DNA from: an uncultured Acidobacteriaceae bacterium
GTDB taxonomy: Bacteria > Acidobacteriota > Terriglobia > Terriglobales > Acidobacteriaceae
NCBI GenBank assembly: GCA_963813205.1
Contig: CAWEYI010000028.1
Coordinates: forward strand, 1,038-65,037
Direction: 5' to 3'
DNA length: 64,000 nt
A program made the translations under genes and the position numbers. The notes beneath the pieces were generated by a model. The model saw only the letters and a list, made by a program, of their open reading frames with translations. It was not told the origin of the DNA and did not search any database. This document shows positions 8,827 to 17,975 of this stretch, piece by piece. How positions within the stretch are numbered: the first letter of the stretch is position 1; the number at the start of each line of letters is the position of its first letter.

Positions 8827-8877
8827 GCATGAAAAAGCTGTCAGATGTCGACTTTCAGGAATATTGGCACCGCAAAC

Positions 8878-9327
8878 TCAGCGGCGGCTTCTAAAAAATT
8901 CCTGCAAAACCTCCGCGCCACGCCCCGCCAGCACTCCCCCGCGAACTTCGATGCGGTGATTTAATTCAGGATGTTCCAGCAGCTTCATCACCGACCGAAC
9001 TGCGCCCGCTTTCGGATCGTCTGCGCCGTAAATCAGGCGTTTGATCCGCGCATGCACCATCGCGCCCGTGCACATCGCGCACGGCTCAATTGTAACAAAC
9101 AGGTCACACTCAGCTAGGCGATGGTTTCCTACGGCTGCACCCGCCTCGCGCAGCGCAACAATCTCCGCATGAGCGCTTGGATCGCAATCTGTAATGTTCC
9201 GGTTCCATCCCCGGCCAATGATGCGTCCTCCGCATACCACCACTGCCCCAACCGGAACTTCGCCCGTCTCCAGCGCGCGCTGCGCTGACCGCAAAGCCTC
9301 TTCCATCCAAAGCTCGTCGTTGCTCAT
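8878..9327 (-). CDS. tadA: tRNA adenosine(34) deaminase
   Basis: CDA-fold zinc motifs HAEIVALREAG and PCAMCTGAM. 149 aa, typical size. Confidence 0.9.
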   Translation of the reverse strand: MSNDELWMEEALRSAQRALETGEVPVGAVVVCGGRIIGRGWNRNITDCDPSAHAEIVALREAGAAVGNHRLAECDLFVTIEPCAMCTGAMVHARIKRLIYGADDPKAGAVRSVMKLLEHPELNHRIEVRGGVLAGRGAEVLQEFFRSRR

Positions 9328-9457
9328 CGGTTATGGGTTATGGTTCTGTCGCTGATGAATGAACAACGGGTTGTTGGCAGTGATCAACCAAAGGCCCTGC
9401 GCGCAGAGTATCACTCATGCGCGTCCAGTGGCTGGACAGACGCTACCGGCGGAAAGT

Positions 9458-9613
9458 TCAGAGCAGGCTCAACACGGATCGCACTACATCGGGCACGATC
9501 GCATGAATGATTGCCGGCACCAGAATCATCACCACAGGATATGCGATTAGGATCAGCGGCAGCACTAGGAGCATCCGGGCTTTCGGCGTCAATCTGGCAA
9601 GATAACCTTGCAT
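9458..9613 (-). CDS. Possible 51-aa hydrophobic membrane peptide
   Basis: Own translation: MQGYLARLTPKARMLLVLPLILIAYPVVMILVPAIIHAIVPDVVRSVLSLL*. Below the ORF-track cutoff. No family known to me. Confidence 0.3.
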   Translation of the reverse strand: MQGYLARLTPKARMLLVLPLILIAYPVVMILVPAIIHAIVPDVVRSVLSLL

Positions 9614-9743
9614 AACATCCTCTGTGCTTAACTACGCGCACGCACCCGCGAAAGTTCCCCAAATTTCTTCACTTACTTGAACCGGGGCGAAATGCCAGGG
9701 TGCCCTATGTCTCGCTGCCTTAGCGAGACATGGGTACAGCGAG

Positions 9744-10244
9744 ATGCAAACAGCGACGGCCAAGTGGTATGCTTACCCCGTTATGGGGATTCCCAACCTG
9801 CTCCGCAAAGTTTTCCTCGTCGACCTGCTGCAAGGTTTGAAGGTCACATTCCGTTATCAGGATCCCAAGGAGATTTATACCGAGCAATATCCCATGGAGC
9901 GGCCACGAGTGGCCGAGCGTTACCGCGGCGCGCCCCGGCTGAATGTGAATCCCGATACCGACGAGACCATGTGCATTGCCTGCGATTTGTGCGCGCTGGC
10001 GTGCCCGGAAAATCTGATCGTCGTCTCCAGCGCCCGCAACGAGCAAACCCGCCGCAAAGAGCTCACCAACTTCACCTACGATCTAAGCCGCTGCATGTTC
10101 TGTGGCCTGTGCGAGGATGCCTGTCCGGTCGATGCCCTCGAACTCACTCAGGATTTCGAACTCGCCAGCTACACTCGCGAAGGTTGGATCTGGGATCGTA
10201 AGACGCTGGAAAAAGGTCCGCAGCCAACACTCTATAAAAAGTGA
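9744..10244 (+). CDS. nuoI: NADH-quinone oxidoreductase subunit I (2x[4Fe-4S] ferredoxin-type), not next to other nuo genes
   Basis: Two clusters, CIACDLCALACP and CMFCGLCEDACP. NuoI-type N-terminus LLKGLKVTFRY...YPMERP. Alternative start at ATG 9783. Confidence 0.85.
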   Translation: MQTATAKWYAYPVMGIPNLLRKVFLVDLLQGLKVTFRYQDPKEIYTEQYPMERPRVAERYRGAPRLNVNPDTDETMCIACDLCALACPENLIVVSSARNEQTRRKELTNFTYDLSRCMFCGLCEDACPVDALELTQDFELASYTREGWIWDRKTLEKGPQPTLYKK

Positions 10245-10455
10245 TTCGCACGGCGTTCCAGCTCTGATTGCGCTTCCTTCACATTGCATTCGCTGGAATT
10301 TCTTCTTCTTACTAAGGAATCCCATACTCCTGCCTACCGCATCCGCTGGATATTCATTCCACGAACCTGCGCTCAAACTCTAGCGATGGATCCCTTGAGC
10401 CAGCCGGTTCGCCGGCATTGAAAGGGACCGCAAATTCAATGCTGGAGGCTTCACA

Positions 10456-10971
10456 ATGTCAGCGAAAAAACTTACGTTATTGTCTGTGATTTTGTTCTGC
10501 GCGACATGGGTCGTGGCGCAAGCAGCGCCCGGCGGAGGAGCAGGATCACCAGGCGGAGCCGCCACACCCGGTCAAGCATCGCCCTCAACTCCCCCCACCG
10601 GCAACACTGGCGCACCGCCCACCGGCAGCACCGCGCAACCACCGACGGGCAGCACCACCGCGCCCCCAACTGGCTCGACTGCTCCAAACACTGCGCCCGG
10701 AGCGAATCCGTCGAACCCGAACGGCAGCGCCCAGCCGTCGACGAACCCGAATAACCCGAACCCGAATCCCAGCACCAGCCCCAACGCCAATCCGACTACG
10801 CCGGGATCGCCTTCGAACCCAGGCGCGTCGCCGAACGGCGGAACAAATCCTGGCTCTACGAATCCCGGTTCTACAAATCCAGGCACCTCGAACCCAGGCT
10901 CGAACCCGGGAACTTCGAATCCCGGCGCCTCTGGCTCTGGCAGCACTTCGCCTTCCGGTCCCGGCCGCTAA
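10456..10971 (+). CDS. Secreted low-complexity Pro/Thr/Asn/Gly-rich repeat protein
   Basis: Signal peptide MSAKKLTLLSVILFCATWVVAQA. Tandem PPTGS(T) and (S/T)NPGS units. Followed by a strong terminator. Confidence 0.6.
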   Translation: MSAKKLTLLSVILFCATWVVAQAAPGGGAGSPGGAATPGQASPSTPPTGNTGAPPTGSTAQPPTGSTTAPPTGSTAPNTAPGANPSNPNGSAQPSTNPNNPNPNPSTSPNANPTTPGSPSNPGASPNGGTNPGSTNPGSTNPGTSNPGSNPGTSNPGASGSGSTSPSGPGR

Positions 10972-11002
10972 CCACCAGAAAGTTTTTACTCCCCCGCAAT
11001 TC

Positions 11003-11033
11003 GCGGGCCCAGTTCACGGGCCCGCTTTTTGTT
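11003..11033 (+). terminator. Rho-independent terminator
   Basis: GCGGGCCC-AGTTCAC-GGGCCCGC followed by TTTTTGTT, 32 nt after the stop at 10971. Confidence 0.65.
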
Positions 11034-11147
11034 GCGGGCAAGAACCTCTTCGACTCCCTACAACAAGCGTTGCACCTTCCCGCTCCAAAGAGAAATGGCC
11101 CGGGCTTTCACCCGGACCACCATCCCAAAACAAATCCTCAAACAACT

Positions 11148-11546
11148 CTAGTGCTTGCCCACTGCGTGTCCGCGCCCGTCCCGCACTTCATTTCCCTTGA
11201 AGTGCTGCACGTGTCCCGGAGGCCGCGCAGGATCTGGTTTTTCGCCGCGAGCCGGCATGGGCCCGTGATAGCCGTGCTCAGGATGGAAGTGATTATTTAC
11301 GTGGCCGCGGAACCCTTCCGGTCCGTGAAACCACGGCCCCACCCCAATGAATACTCCGCCGTTGAACCACTCCGGCCCGTAGTAGCCGTAAGGCGCGCAA
11401 TCGTAGGGTGCGACGTCATAGTACCCATAGGGACAATCAGGCGCGACTCCAATGCTCACACCTACCTGAGCCTGTGTTTTTGGGGCGATTACCATAAAAC
11501 AGATTGCAGCAACGGCAGCTACCGCAAACAGCTTCAGTCCATTCAT
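11148..11546 (-). CDS. Secreted hypothetical protein (Gly/Pro/His/Tyr-rich)
   Basis: Signal peptide MNGLKLFAVAAVAAICFMVIAPKTQAQ. No family recognised. Confidence 0.6.
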   Translation of the reverse strand: MNGLKLFAVAAVAAICFMVIAPKTQAQVGVSIGVAPDCPYGYYDVAPYDCAPYGYYGPEWFNGGVFIGVGPWFHGPEGFRGHVNNHFHPEHGYHGPMPARGEKPDPARPPGHVQHFKGNEVRDGRGHAVGKH

Positions 11547-11688
11547 TCGATTCTCCTCAATAAGTTTTGTGCGCGTTCGGGCCTGCTAGGTCTACAGCGT
11601 TGACCGTAGTTTGATCATCTGGCAAGAAACTATGATTCCATTTTCTCGCAAAGGGTTGACTTTTGAAAGGCCATAACCCGCCCGTGCG

Positions 11689-12267
11689 CTACTCGCCAAA
11701 CAATTTTTTTTCCGGCAGGAAGTACATTGCGGGCAGCAGAGCGAAGATGCAGAATGACGCGTAAATCGTAAGGTACGCCAGCGGGACAGAGAGCAGATAA
11801 AGCGCCGCGGCAATGGCGTTCTTGTGCTGGATGCCCTTGTGATATTTAACCAGCGCCTTATCCTCCTGGCTCTGGTGGATCAACTCCACCCGCAGAAAAT
11901 AAAACCCGGAAGTACACAAAAAGAGAACAAGCCCATAAAGCGCCACCGCCAACGGCTCGCGGTAGTCTCTGCCTAGAAACTCAGTCACAAAGGGAACGAA
12001 CGACATCCAGAAGAGCAAGTAAAAATTTGACCACAAAAGTCGCGCCGTGGGCGCGCGGGCAGCCTGAATGAGAGGATGATGATTCACCCAAATAATGGCA
12101 ATCACCACAAAGCTGATTGCATAAGTCAGAAACTCCGGAGCGATCTTGAGCAGTCCGCCCAGCGTAGGCTCCGAGGGAGCCCGCAGCTCAAGCACCATGA
12201 TGGTAATGATGATGGCAATCACTCCATCGCTGAACGCTTCCAGTCGGCTTGTGCTGGGCTCCGCCAT
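11689..12267 (-). CDS. TMEM175-family (DUF1211) potassium channel
   Basis: Hallmark RLEAFSDGVIAIIITIMVLEL close to the N-terminus, six hydrophobic helices. The ORF-track frame opens at 12366, but upstream codons run through a repeat element, so ATG 12267 (or 12309) is preferred. Confidence 0.8.
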   Translation of the reverse strand: MAEPSTSRLEAFSDGVIAIIITIMVLELRAPSEPTLGGLLKIAPEFLTYAISFVVIAIIWVNHHPLIQAARAPTARLLWSNFYLLFWMSFVPFVTEFLGRDYREPLAVALYGLVLFLCTSGFYFLRVELIHQSQEDKALVKYHKGIQHKNAIAAALYLLSVPLAYLTIYASFCIFALLPAMYFLPEKKLFGE

Positions 12268-12301
12268 GAAAGAAGCTAATCTATCACCCTTGTCATCCAG
12301 C

Positions 12302-12360
12302 GTTGTCATCCTGAGGCCGAGAATTCCTCGGCTTCGCCGAGGAATTCCAGCGAAGGATCG
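12302..12360. repeat. GTCATCCTGAG...GAAGGATC-type palindromic intergenic repeat
   Basis: GTTGTCATCCTGAGGCCGAGAATTCCTCGGCTTCGCCGAGGAATTCCAGCGAAGGATCG. Its ends resemble the element at 37751-37825. Confidence 0.6.
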
Positions 12361-12437
12361 ATGCAAATGGTTCGATCACTGATCCCAACAATTTCAGATC
12401 TTCTTCACGGACCCTTCGGCCTGCAAAAACACGCTCC

Positions 12438-13589
12438 TCAGAACGACAGCTCACCCACCGCCGGCTGCTGTTGGGTCATACAATGCATGGTGCCGAGCCC
12501 CCACACGAGATCACCAGAATAAATGGGGACAATTTCACGCGTCGGGAAGAGCTCCGCCAGAGTGTGGAGCGCAACCCGGTCGTTAGGATCGTTGAACACC
12601 GGCACAAGAACAATTCCATTCGCAATATAGAAATTAGCGTAGCTCGCGGGCAGTCGTCGCTGCTCGAACACGGCCGGGCCGGGCATGGGAAGCTCAACAA
12701 TGTTCAGCGGCTTGCCCGCCTGATCGCGCGCAGCCCGGAGTCGCGCAAGATTATCGCGCAGCGGTTTGTGGTTCACATCTCGCGGATTATTCTCCACCAC
12801 CGTGACCACGGTGTCAGCGGCAACAAAGCGTGTGAGGTCATCGACGTGGCCATGCGTGTCATCGCCAAAAATGCCGCGCCCCAGCCAAATCACATGCGGT
12901 GCGCCCAGGTAGTCTGCGAACATTTTCTCGTAATCTTTCCGACCCATTCCCGGATTCCGCTGCTGCACCTTGCTAAGCAGACATTCTTCGGTAGTGAGCA
13001 ACGTGCCCAGACCATTCACATCGATCGATCCGCCCTCGAGCACGACACGTCGATCGTGGCACAGCGGACGAATTTCCTGAGTCGCGGCAGCGTCTGCCAT
13101 CAAGCTGCCAATTTTTTCATCATGCCGCCAGTTAGAGTACTTAGCCCAAGCGTTGAAGCGAAATTTCATGGCGATCACTTTGCCTGCCGGGTGGCCCATC
13201 CTAGCCGCGTTCTTTGCGGCTAGGGTGGGGAACTGAGTCGGAGTCAAGAATACACAGCCGGAGTCGCGCATCCATACTCGATTCGTCGGCCATCGATGAA
13301 AACAAACATTTGCCAGCGCCGTGCTAGCCTTCTCCAGCAGCTTGCGAACTTTGCGCTCCGCCGCGGCATCATTGACGACCAACTCCACCCGCTCATGCCG
13401 GGCCAGATTGCGAATGATCTCGGTATAAACCCACGGAATCGGCTCAAACTTTCCCGGCCAATCCCCGTGATAATGCGGCCACGCCAGCCAGGTCGCGGTA
13501 TGCGGCTCCCATTCAGCCGGCATGCGGTAGCGGAGGGTTGCCGGGGCGGAATCCAAAGCATTACCTGAAGAAATCGATCGGGGCATCAA
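12438..13589 (-). CDS. aguA: Agmatine deiminase
   Basis: MPAEWEPHTATWLAWPH, VWMRDSG, C-terminal GTMHCMTQQQP (catalytic Cys). Carries an in-frame hairpin element at 13189-13230. Confidence 0.9.
   Translation of the reverse strand: MMPRSISSGNALDSAPATLRYRMPAEWEPHTATWLAWPHYHGDWPGKFEPIPWVYTEIIRNLARHERVELVVNDAAAERKVRKLLEKASTALANVCFHRWPTNRVWMRDSGCVFLTPTQFPTLAAKNAARMGHPAGKVIAMKFRFNAWAKYSNWRHDEKIGSLMADAAATQEIRPLCHDRRVVLEGGSIDVNGLGTLLTTEECLLSKVQQRNPGMGRKDYEKMFADYLGAPHVIWLGRGIFGDDTHGHVDDLTRFVAADTVVTVVENNPRDVNHKPLRDNLARLRAARDQAGKPLNIVELPMPGPAVFEQRRLPASYANFYIANGIVLVPVFNDPNDRVALHTLAELFPTREIVPIYSGDLVWGLGTMHCMTQQQPAVGELSF
13189..13230 (-). repeat. REP-like hairpin element inside the aguA coding sequence (in frame)
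   Basis: Coding strand CCACCCTAGCCGC-AAAGAAC-GCGGCTAGGATGG-GCCACCC (13-bp stem, one G-U pair), encoding FPTLAAKNAARMGHP. Same architecture as the REPs that flank the RAYT genes. Confidence 0.7.
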
Positions 13590-13654
13590 GGTAGTTTATT
13601 GCATGGGATCATAAACCGCGGATCAATTCCTGAGCCGAGACATTGATGTCGACA

Positions 13655-14653
13655 TCAATGTGCAAGTTTGAAGTTGATTCGTAGCTGAGTCTCGACTGCC
13701 ACAGGCTGGCCTGACGAATTATAGGGTCTGTACTCCCACTGTTTGACTGCCGTGATAGTCGCTGGGATTAGCTCTGTCGGTCCAGAAATCGGATTAACCT
13801 CAACGACGTGTCCACACTCGTCGATGATGGAATCTACAACAACTACGCCTTGTACTTTGCTTTGTTTCGCAGAATCGGGATAGATGGGCTGGACTCGGTG
13901 AATAAGCAAGCCCGCCATTATTCCCGGCGAAACTTGCACGCTCTTGAGAGGGTCTGATGGTGCAGCCTTACATGGCAGTGTAGTTGCGCTGGATTCTGGA
14001 ACGATGGTGCCACGAAGGAATGAGTCGTAGGGTGGCTCCAAGAAACCGACCACGACAATCGCCCCGTCGGTAAACTGATTCTTCCAAACTGCCGCAAGCA
14101 CTCCATCGCGTTCCCATCGCATCTCTTGAAGCGGAGGCCAACCAACACGAGCGACATAGTCTTTCCGTCCCTCTGTTCCGAATCGCCGCGCCATGTCCGC
14201 GACTGTATCATCATATGAAGAATCCACCGTCAAATTGAAGGCGCTGAGCCGCCCTGAACTGAACAGCGCCGAACCTTTACCTAGCTCCGAAGCAAGTCTG
14301 GCCCCCACATTTGCTTGTTCGCCTCTAAGAGCCGCCGTCATCTGGTTGCAATTTCCTACGTCGAGTACGGAGAAGTCCTTTTTCGTGAGAGTGAAAACAC
14401 CGCCACTCTTGTCCACATCGTCTTTTTCCTGCGCTTTCTCCTTAACCTTGGGGGCATCGAGAAGCGTTTTGCAATAATCCTTGGCTAGCTGCTTGGATTG
14501 GGCCACTCTCGCGGTCAAAAAGAAGATATCCGCTGGCTCCCCCAGTGTGTGACCACCGAACCTCAAGTCTGGTGAGGGAGACTGGGCTAATAAGCTGAAC
14601 TGCGCGAGTAGAAGAGTGCAGAGGACTAGCAGTCTTTTCGCCGTGGTTTTCAT
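13655..14653 (-). CDS. TonB C-terminal-domain protein (secreted/periplasmic)
   Basis: ATG 14653 gives signal peptide MKTTAKRLLVLCTLLLAQFSLLAQ. C-terminal PIYPDSAKQSKVQGVVVVDSIIDECGHVVEV...AVKQWEYRPY is a TonB_C fold signature. Confidence 0.75.
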   Translation of the reverse strand: MKTTAKRLLVLCTLLLAQFSLLAQSPSPDLRFGGHTLGEPADIFFLTARVAQSKQLAKDYCKTLLDAPKVKEKAQEKDDVDKSGGVFTLTKKDFSVLDVGNCNQMTAALRGEQANVGARLASELGKGSALFSSGRLSAFNLTVDSSYDDTVADMARRFGTEGRKDYVARVGWPPLQEMRWERDGVLAAVWKNQFTDGAIVVVGFLEPPYDSFLRGTIVPESSATTLPCKAAPSDPLKSVQVSPGIMAGLLIHRVQPIYPDSAKQSKVQGVVVVDSIIDECGHVVEVNPISGPTELIPATITAVKQWEYRPYNSSGQPVAVETQLRINFKLAH

Positions 14654-14739
14654 GCTCCCACTTTCGGGGAGCAGATTGTAACACCACCTTGTCCGCGTCA
14701 AATGGCGAAATCAAGGCGTTAGCACTCATTGACCCAATC

Positions 14740-15672
14740 TCACCCTCCGTCCAGCAAACGATTGGAAATCGGTGCATACGCATCAATCCGCCGGTCGCGG
14801 AGAAACGGCCAGTTCCGTCGAATATCTTCGAGTGCTTTCAAGTCCACGTCGCCGATCAGGATTTCTTCTCGATCATGCGAGGCCTCAGCGACGACCTTGC
14901 CAAACGGATCGCAGAAAAATGACCCACCCCAAAATTCGAGCCCGTGCCCCGGAGTAGATTTTCCCCGCACATTTCCCGTTTCAAAGCCCACTCGATTCAC
15001 CACGGCAACGTAAACTCCATTCGCAATCGCATGAGCTCGTTGAATGGTGCGCCAGGCATCGTGCTGCACCTCGCCGAACTCCGCTTTCTCCGCAGGATGC
15101 CATCCAATCGCCGTCGGATAAAACAGCACAGATGCTCCCTGCAACGCAGTCAGCCGTGCACCTTCGGGGAACCACTGATCCCAGCAAACCAGTGTGCCCA
15201 ACCGGCCTGCCGTAGTATCGATCGCGCGAAATCCCAAATCGCCCGGCGTGAAATAAAATTTTTCGTAATAGAGCGGATCATCCGGAATATGCATCTTCCG
15301 GTAAAGCCCTGCCAGCGATCCGTTCGAATCAAAAATAGCCGCTGTATTGTGATAGATCCCCGGCGCACGCTTCTCAAACAACGATGCGATCAGCACCACG
15401 CCATTCTGCTTGGCTGCCGCGGAAAGTTTATCGCTGGTCGGCCCCGGAATCGGCTCCGCCAAATCGAACAGCGAATGATCTTCGCGCTGGCAGAAATATT
15501 GTGTTTGAAAAAGTTCCGGCAGGCAAACCACTTGCGCGCCGCGTCCTGCAGCATCGGCCACTCTCTCCAGAGCCTTGGCCAGATTTTGTTCCGGCTCCGG
15601 CCCGCACGACATCTGCACCAGCGCTACGCGAAATTTGTCAGGAGGCACGTGGTTCATCCCTCTGCCGATCAA
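14740..15672 (-). CDS. aguB: N-carbamoylputrescine amidase (nitrilase superfamily)
   Basis: FRVALVQMS, CLPELF, YRKMHIP and LVCWDQWFPE (the E-K-C triad context). Alternative start at ATG 15657. Confidence 0.85.
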   Translation of the reverse strand: MIGRGMNHVPPDKFRVALVQMSCGPEPEQNLAKALERVADAAGRGAQVVCLPELFQTQYFCQREDHSLFDLAEPIPGPTSDKLSAAAKQNGVVLIASLFEKRAPGIYHNTAAIFDSNGSLAGLYRKMHIPDDPLYYEKFYFTPGDLGFRAIDTTAGRLGTLVCWDQWFPEGARLTALQGASVLFYPTAIGWHPAEKAEFGEVQHDAWRTIQRAHAIANGVYVAVVNRVGFETGNVRGKSTPGHGLEFWGGSFFCDPFGKVVAEASHDREEILIGDVDLKALEDIRRNWPFLRDRRIDAYAPISNRLLDGG

Positions 15673-15753
15673 TATAGCATTCGAGAAGAGTTAGCTGATC
15701 GCGCCGCATGAGCGTCGCCACGATGCGATCGGATCCAATCGGCGACCCCGCTC

Positions 15754-17739
15754 TCAGTAATGCAATCCGAATCCAATCGGGTACAGAGGAGATTGCGAAT
15801 CGTGCGGCAGATCGCTCTTCTGTTGTCGCACCGCTTCGACAGAGGATGGAAGTTCGAACCGGAGACGCCCCTGCGGAGACGCCTTGCCGCTGATCAGAGT
15901 CAGCAGGGCTTCGTCTGAGATACCGAAATCACCCAGCAGCGCCGTAACATGCGGACGAACATTCGTCAGGACCAACGGCCGCTCCAGCGTGGTCACAAAC
16001 ACGGTGGGAACCATCGCGCTCACGCGAAGAAGCTCGGCATAGCCTGGATCAGTTTCGAGGTAAACAAGCCTCCCCTCGTGTTGTCTCGATCCGAAAAAGT
16101 AGTTCGGATGCTCGCTCTGGTAAGGAGCAGGGGCGCGCACAAGAGCGAAATCAGCTTGCGCGGGATCGGCAACCACGGTAAATCCAGCGGCCTGTGCGGC
16201 ATTAGCCGCAACGCCGAACAAGTAAATCTTCTTGCCTGAAGCAGGTAGTAAAGCTTTCCCGGTTGAAGCCGCTGGCTTATTTTCAAGTAAAACAACTGCT
16301 CTGGCTTGCGCGGCTTCTCCCTCGCTAACAAATTGCTTACTGCCGGCTACCGCAGCCGCTTGTGCCTCGTCCACATAGGGCTGTTCAAAAAGACCAAGCT
16401 GAAATTTCTGCAGCAGAATCCGGCTTGCCGCCTGCCGCACCCTCGCCTCCGAAATTGATCCATTATGAACGTCTTCCACGATGGCGCTCGATCGCTCGGT
16501 CCCGCCAATCTGATCCACCCCCGCATTGATCGCCTTGGCAAAGCGTTGCGCCACGGTCAGGTCTTCCACGCCCCATGGCATGCCAATGTCAGAAACCGCG
16601 GGCTTGTTGCCGGCGCTCGCTCCATTGCGGCAGGTCGCAGGGCAATCGTTGGTGATCGCCCAGTCGCTCAAAATGACGCCGTCAAATCCGTATTTGTTTC
16701 GCAGCAGATCGGTCAGCAATTGATGATTGAATCCAGCTCCCACCTGCTCCACCGGCTTCCCATCGAGCGTGAGGTTCTGCAGGATCGAGTAAGTCGGCAT
16801 CACGCTTCCCACGTGAGCCGCGAAAGCTCCAGTAAAAGGAATCAGGTGTTGCGAGAAGTTGTTCCCGGAAAACTCTGCGTAGCGCCCGTAGTAATTGTGG
16901 CTATCCCAACCATCCTTCGCGGCGCCGTAACCGGCCCAATGCTTCACCACGGCCGTTACGCTCCCTGAGTTCAAACCGTTCGGACCATTTTGTATGCCGG
17001 TCACGTACGCTTCGACCATTCGTTTCGCAATCTCAGCATCTTCCCCGAAAGTTCCATTGATGCGCGCCCATCGCGGCTCCGTGGCCAGATCAGCCTGTGG
17101 CGCTAGGGATTCGCGAATGCCCACCGCTTCATACTCCTGGCGAACAACATCCCCAAACCGGCGGGTCAGTTCCGCATCATTCAGCGCGGCAAAACCCAAT
17201 GGCTCCGGCCACATGGAAAACGCCTTGCTCTGCGTGCCCGCTCCCAGAACCTGATCAAAGTGATTGCGCGGGTCCGACGAAATAGTGACGGGAATGCCCC
17301 ACCGCGAGGACTCTGCAATAGCCTGCACCTCATTATTCTGCCTCGCAAAACTCTCAGCGCTTCCATTGAGCCGGGTGATGAAAGTGTTGACGTGGTCTTC
17401 GTCAATCATCTGCCGAACTTTTGCCAAGTCATACACTTCGCCCACACCGATTGCCCCCGTAGGCCCGACGCTCGGCAGAGTTCCGTGGACCATCAGCCCA
17501 GCCAATTCCTCCATGCTCATCTTTTGCACCAGGTCGGCGGTTCGCGCCTCCGCCGGCAATCGCCAGTCTTCATAAGGATCCAGCTTTCCGTTTCGGTTGA
17601 GATCCTTGAAGGTGAGCCCATCCACCGTGAGCAGAGGAACGGAACGATGCCCGAGGGCTGGTTGTTTTGGGGTATCTCCGCCCGAAGCCGAACAGGCGAG
17701 CAAGATCAAAGCGAGTACTGCATAGCCGTTGGTAAACAC
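15754..17739 (-). CDS. Glycoside hydrolase family 3 (beta-glucosidase/BglX-like), secreted
   Basis: Signal or lipobox-like N-terminus. GH3 motifs KHWAGYGA and VILSDWA (nucleophile Asp). 661 aa. Confidence 0.9.
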   Translation of the reverse strand: MFTNGYAVLALILLACSASGGDTPKQPALGHRSVPLLTVDGLTFKDLNRNGKLDPYEDWRLPAEARTADLVQKMSMEELAGLMVHGTLPSVGPTGAIGVGEVYDLAKVRQMIDEDHVNTFITRLNGSAESFARQNNEVQAIAESSRWGIPVTISSDPRNHFDQVLGAGTQSKAFSMWPEPLGFAALNDAELTRRFGDVVRQEYEAVGIRESLAPQADLATEPRWARINGTFGEDAEIAKRMVEAYVTGIQNGPNGLNSGSVTAVVKHWAGYGAAKDGWDSHNYYGRYAEFSGNNFSQHLIPFTGAFAAHVGSVMPTYSILQNLTLDGKPVEQVGAGFNHQLLTDLLRNKYGFDGVILSDWAITNDCPATCRNGASAGNKPAVSDIGMPWGVEDLTVAQRFAKAINAGVDQIGGTERSSAIVEDVHNGSISEARVRQAASRILLQKFQLGLFEQPYVDEAQAAAVAGSKQFVSEGEAAQARAVVLLENKPAASTGKALLPASGKKIYLFGVAANAAQAAGFTVVADPAQADFALVRAPAPYQSEHPNYFFGSRQHEGRLVYLETDPGYAELLRVSAMVPTVFVTTLERPLVLTNVRPHVTALLGDFGISDEALLTLISGKASPQGRLRFELPSSVEAVRQQKSDLPHDSQSPLYPIGFGLHY

Positions 17740-17975
17740 TTCCTCATTCTCCTCAGCTGGATGTCCGCCGTCAACGGCGTCACGTTATGCACCCAGATCA
17801 GACCGAGGTTCATGAGAGGAATCCGAAACCAAGCACCTTCGTGATACTTTGTGCCCTTCGCGGTCTATCTGTCCCCGCCTGCAGTCAAACTGACCCGTTC
17901 CGCGCTCCTCAGACGCGTGGCGTACTTTAACATTGATCCTGTAAAGTATTTGATTGCGGCGGTGGTGAATTTTGC

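Noticed and set aside
9411-9662. 83-aa minus-strand ORF between tadA and nuoI
   Set aside because: The composition is not protein-like. A different frame in the same place gives a cleaner 51-aa hydrophobic peptide, which is reported with low confidence instead.
10572-10946. 124-aa ORF antisense to the PPTGS/NPGS repeat protein
   Set aside because: It is the reverse frame of a tandem repeat. The sense ORF has a signal peptide and a terminator.
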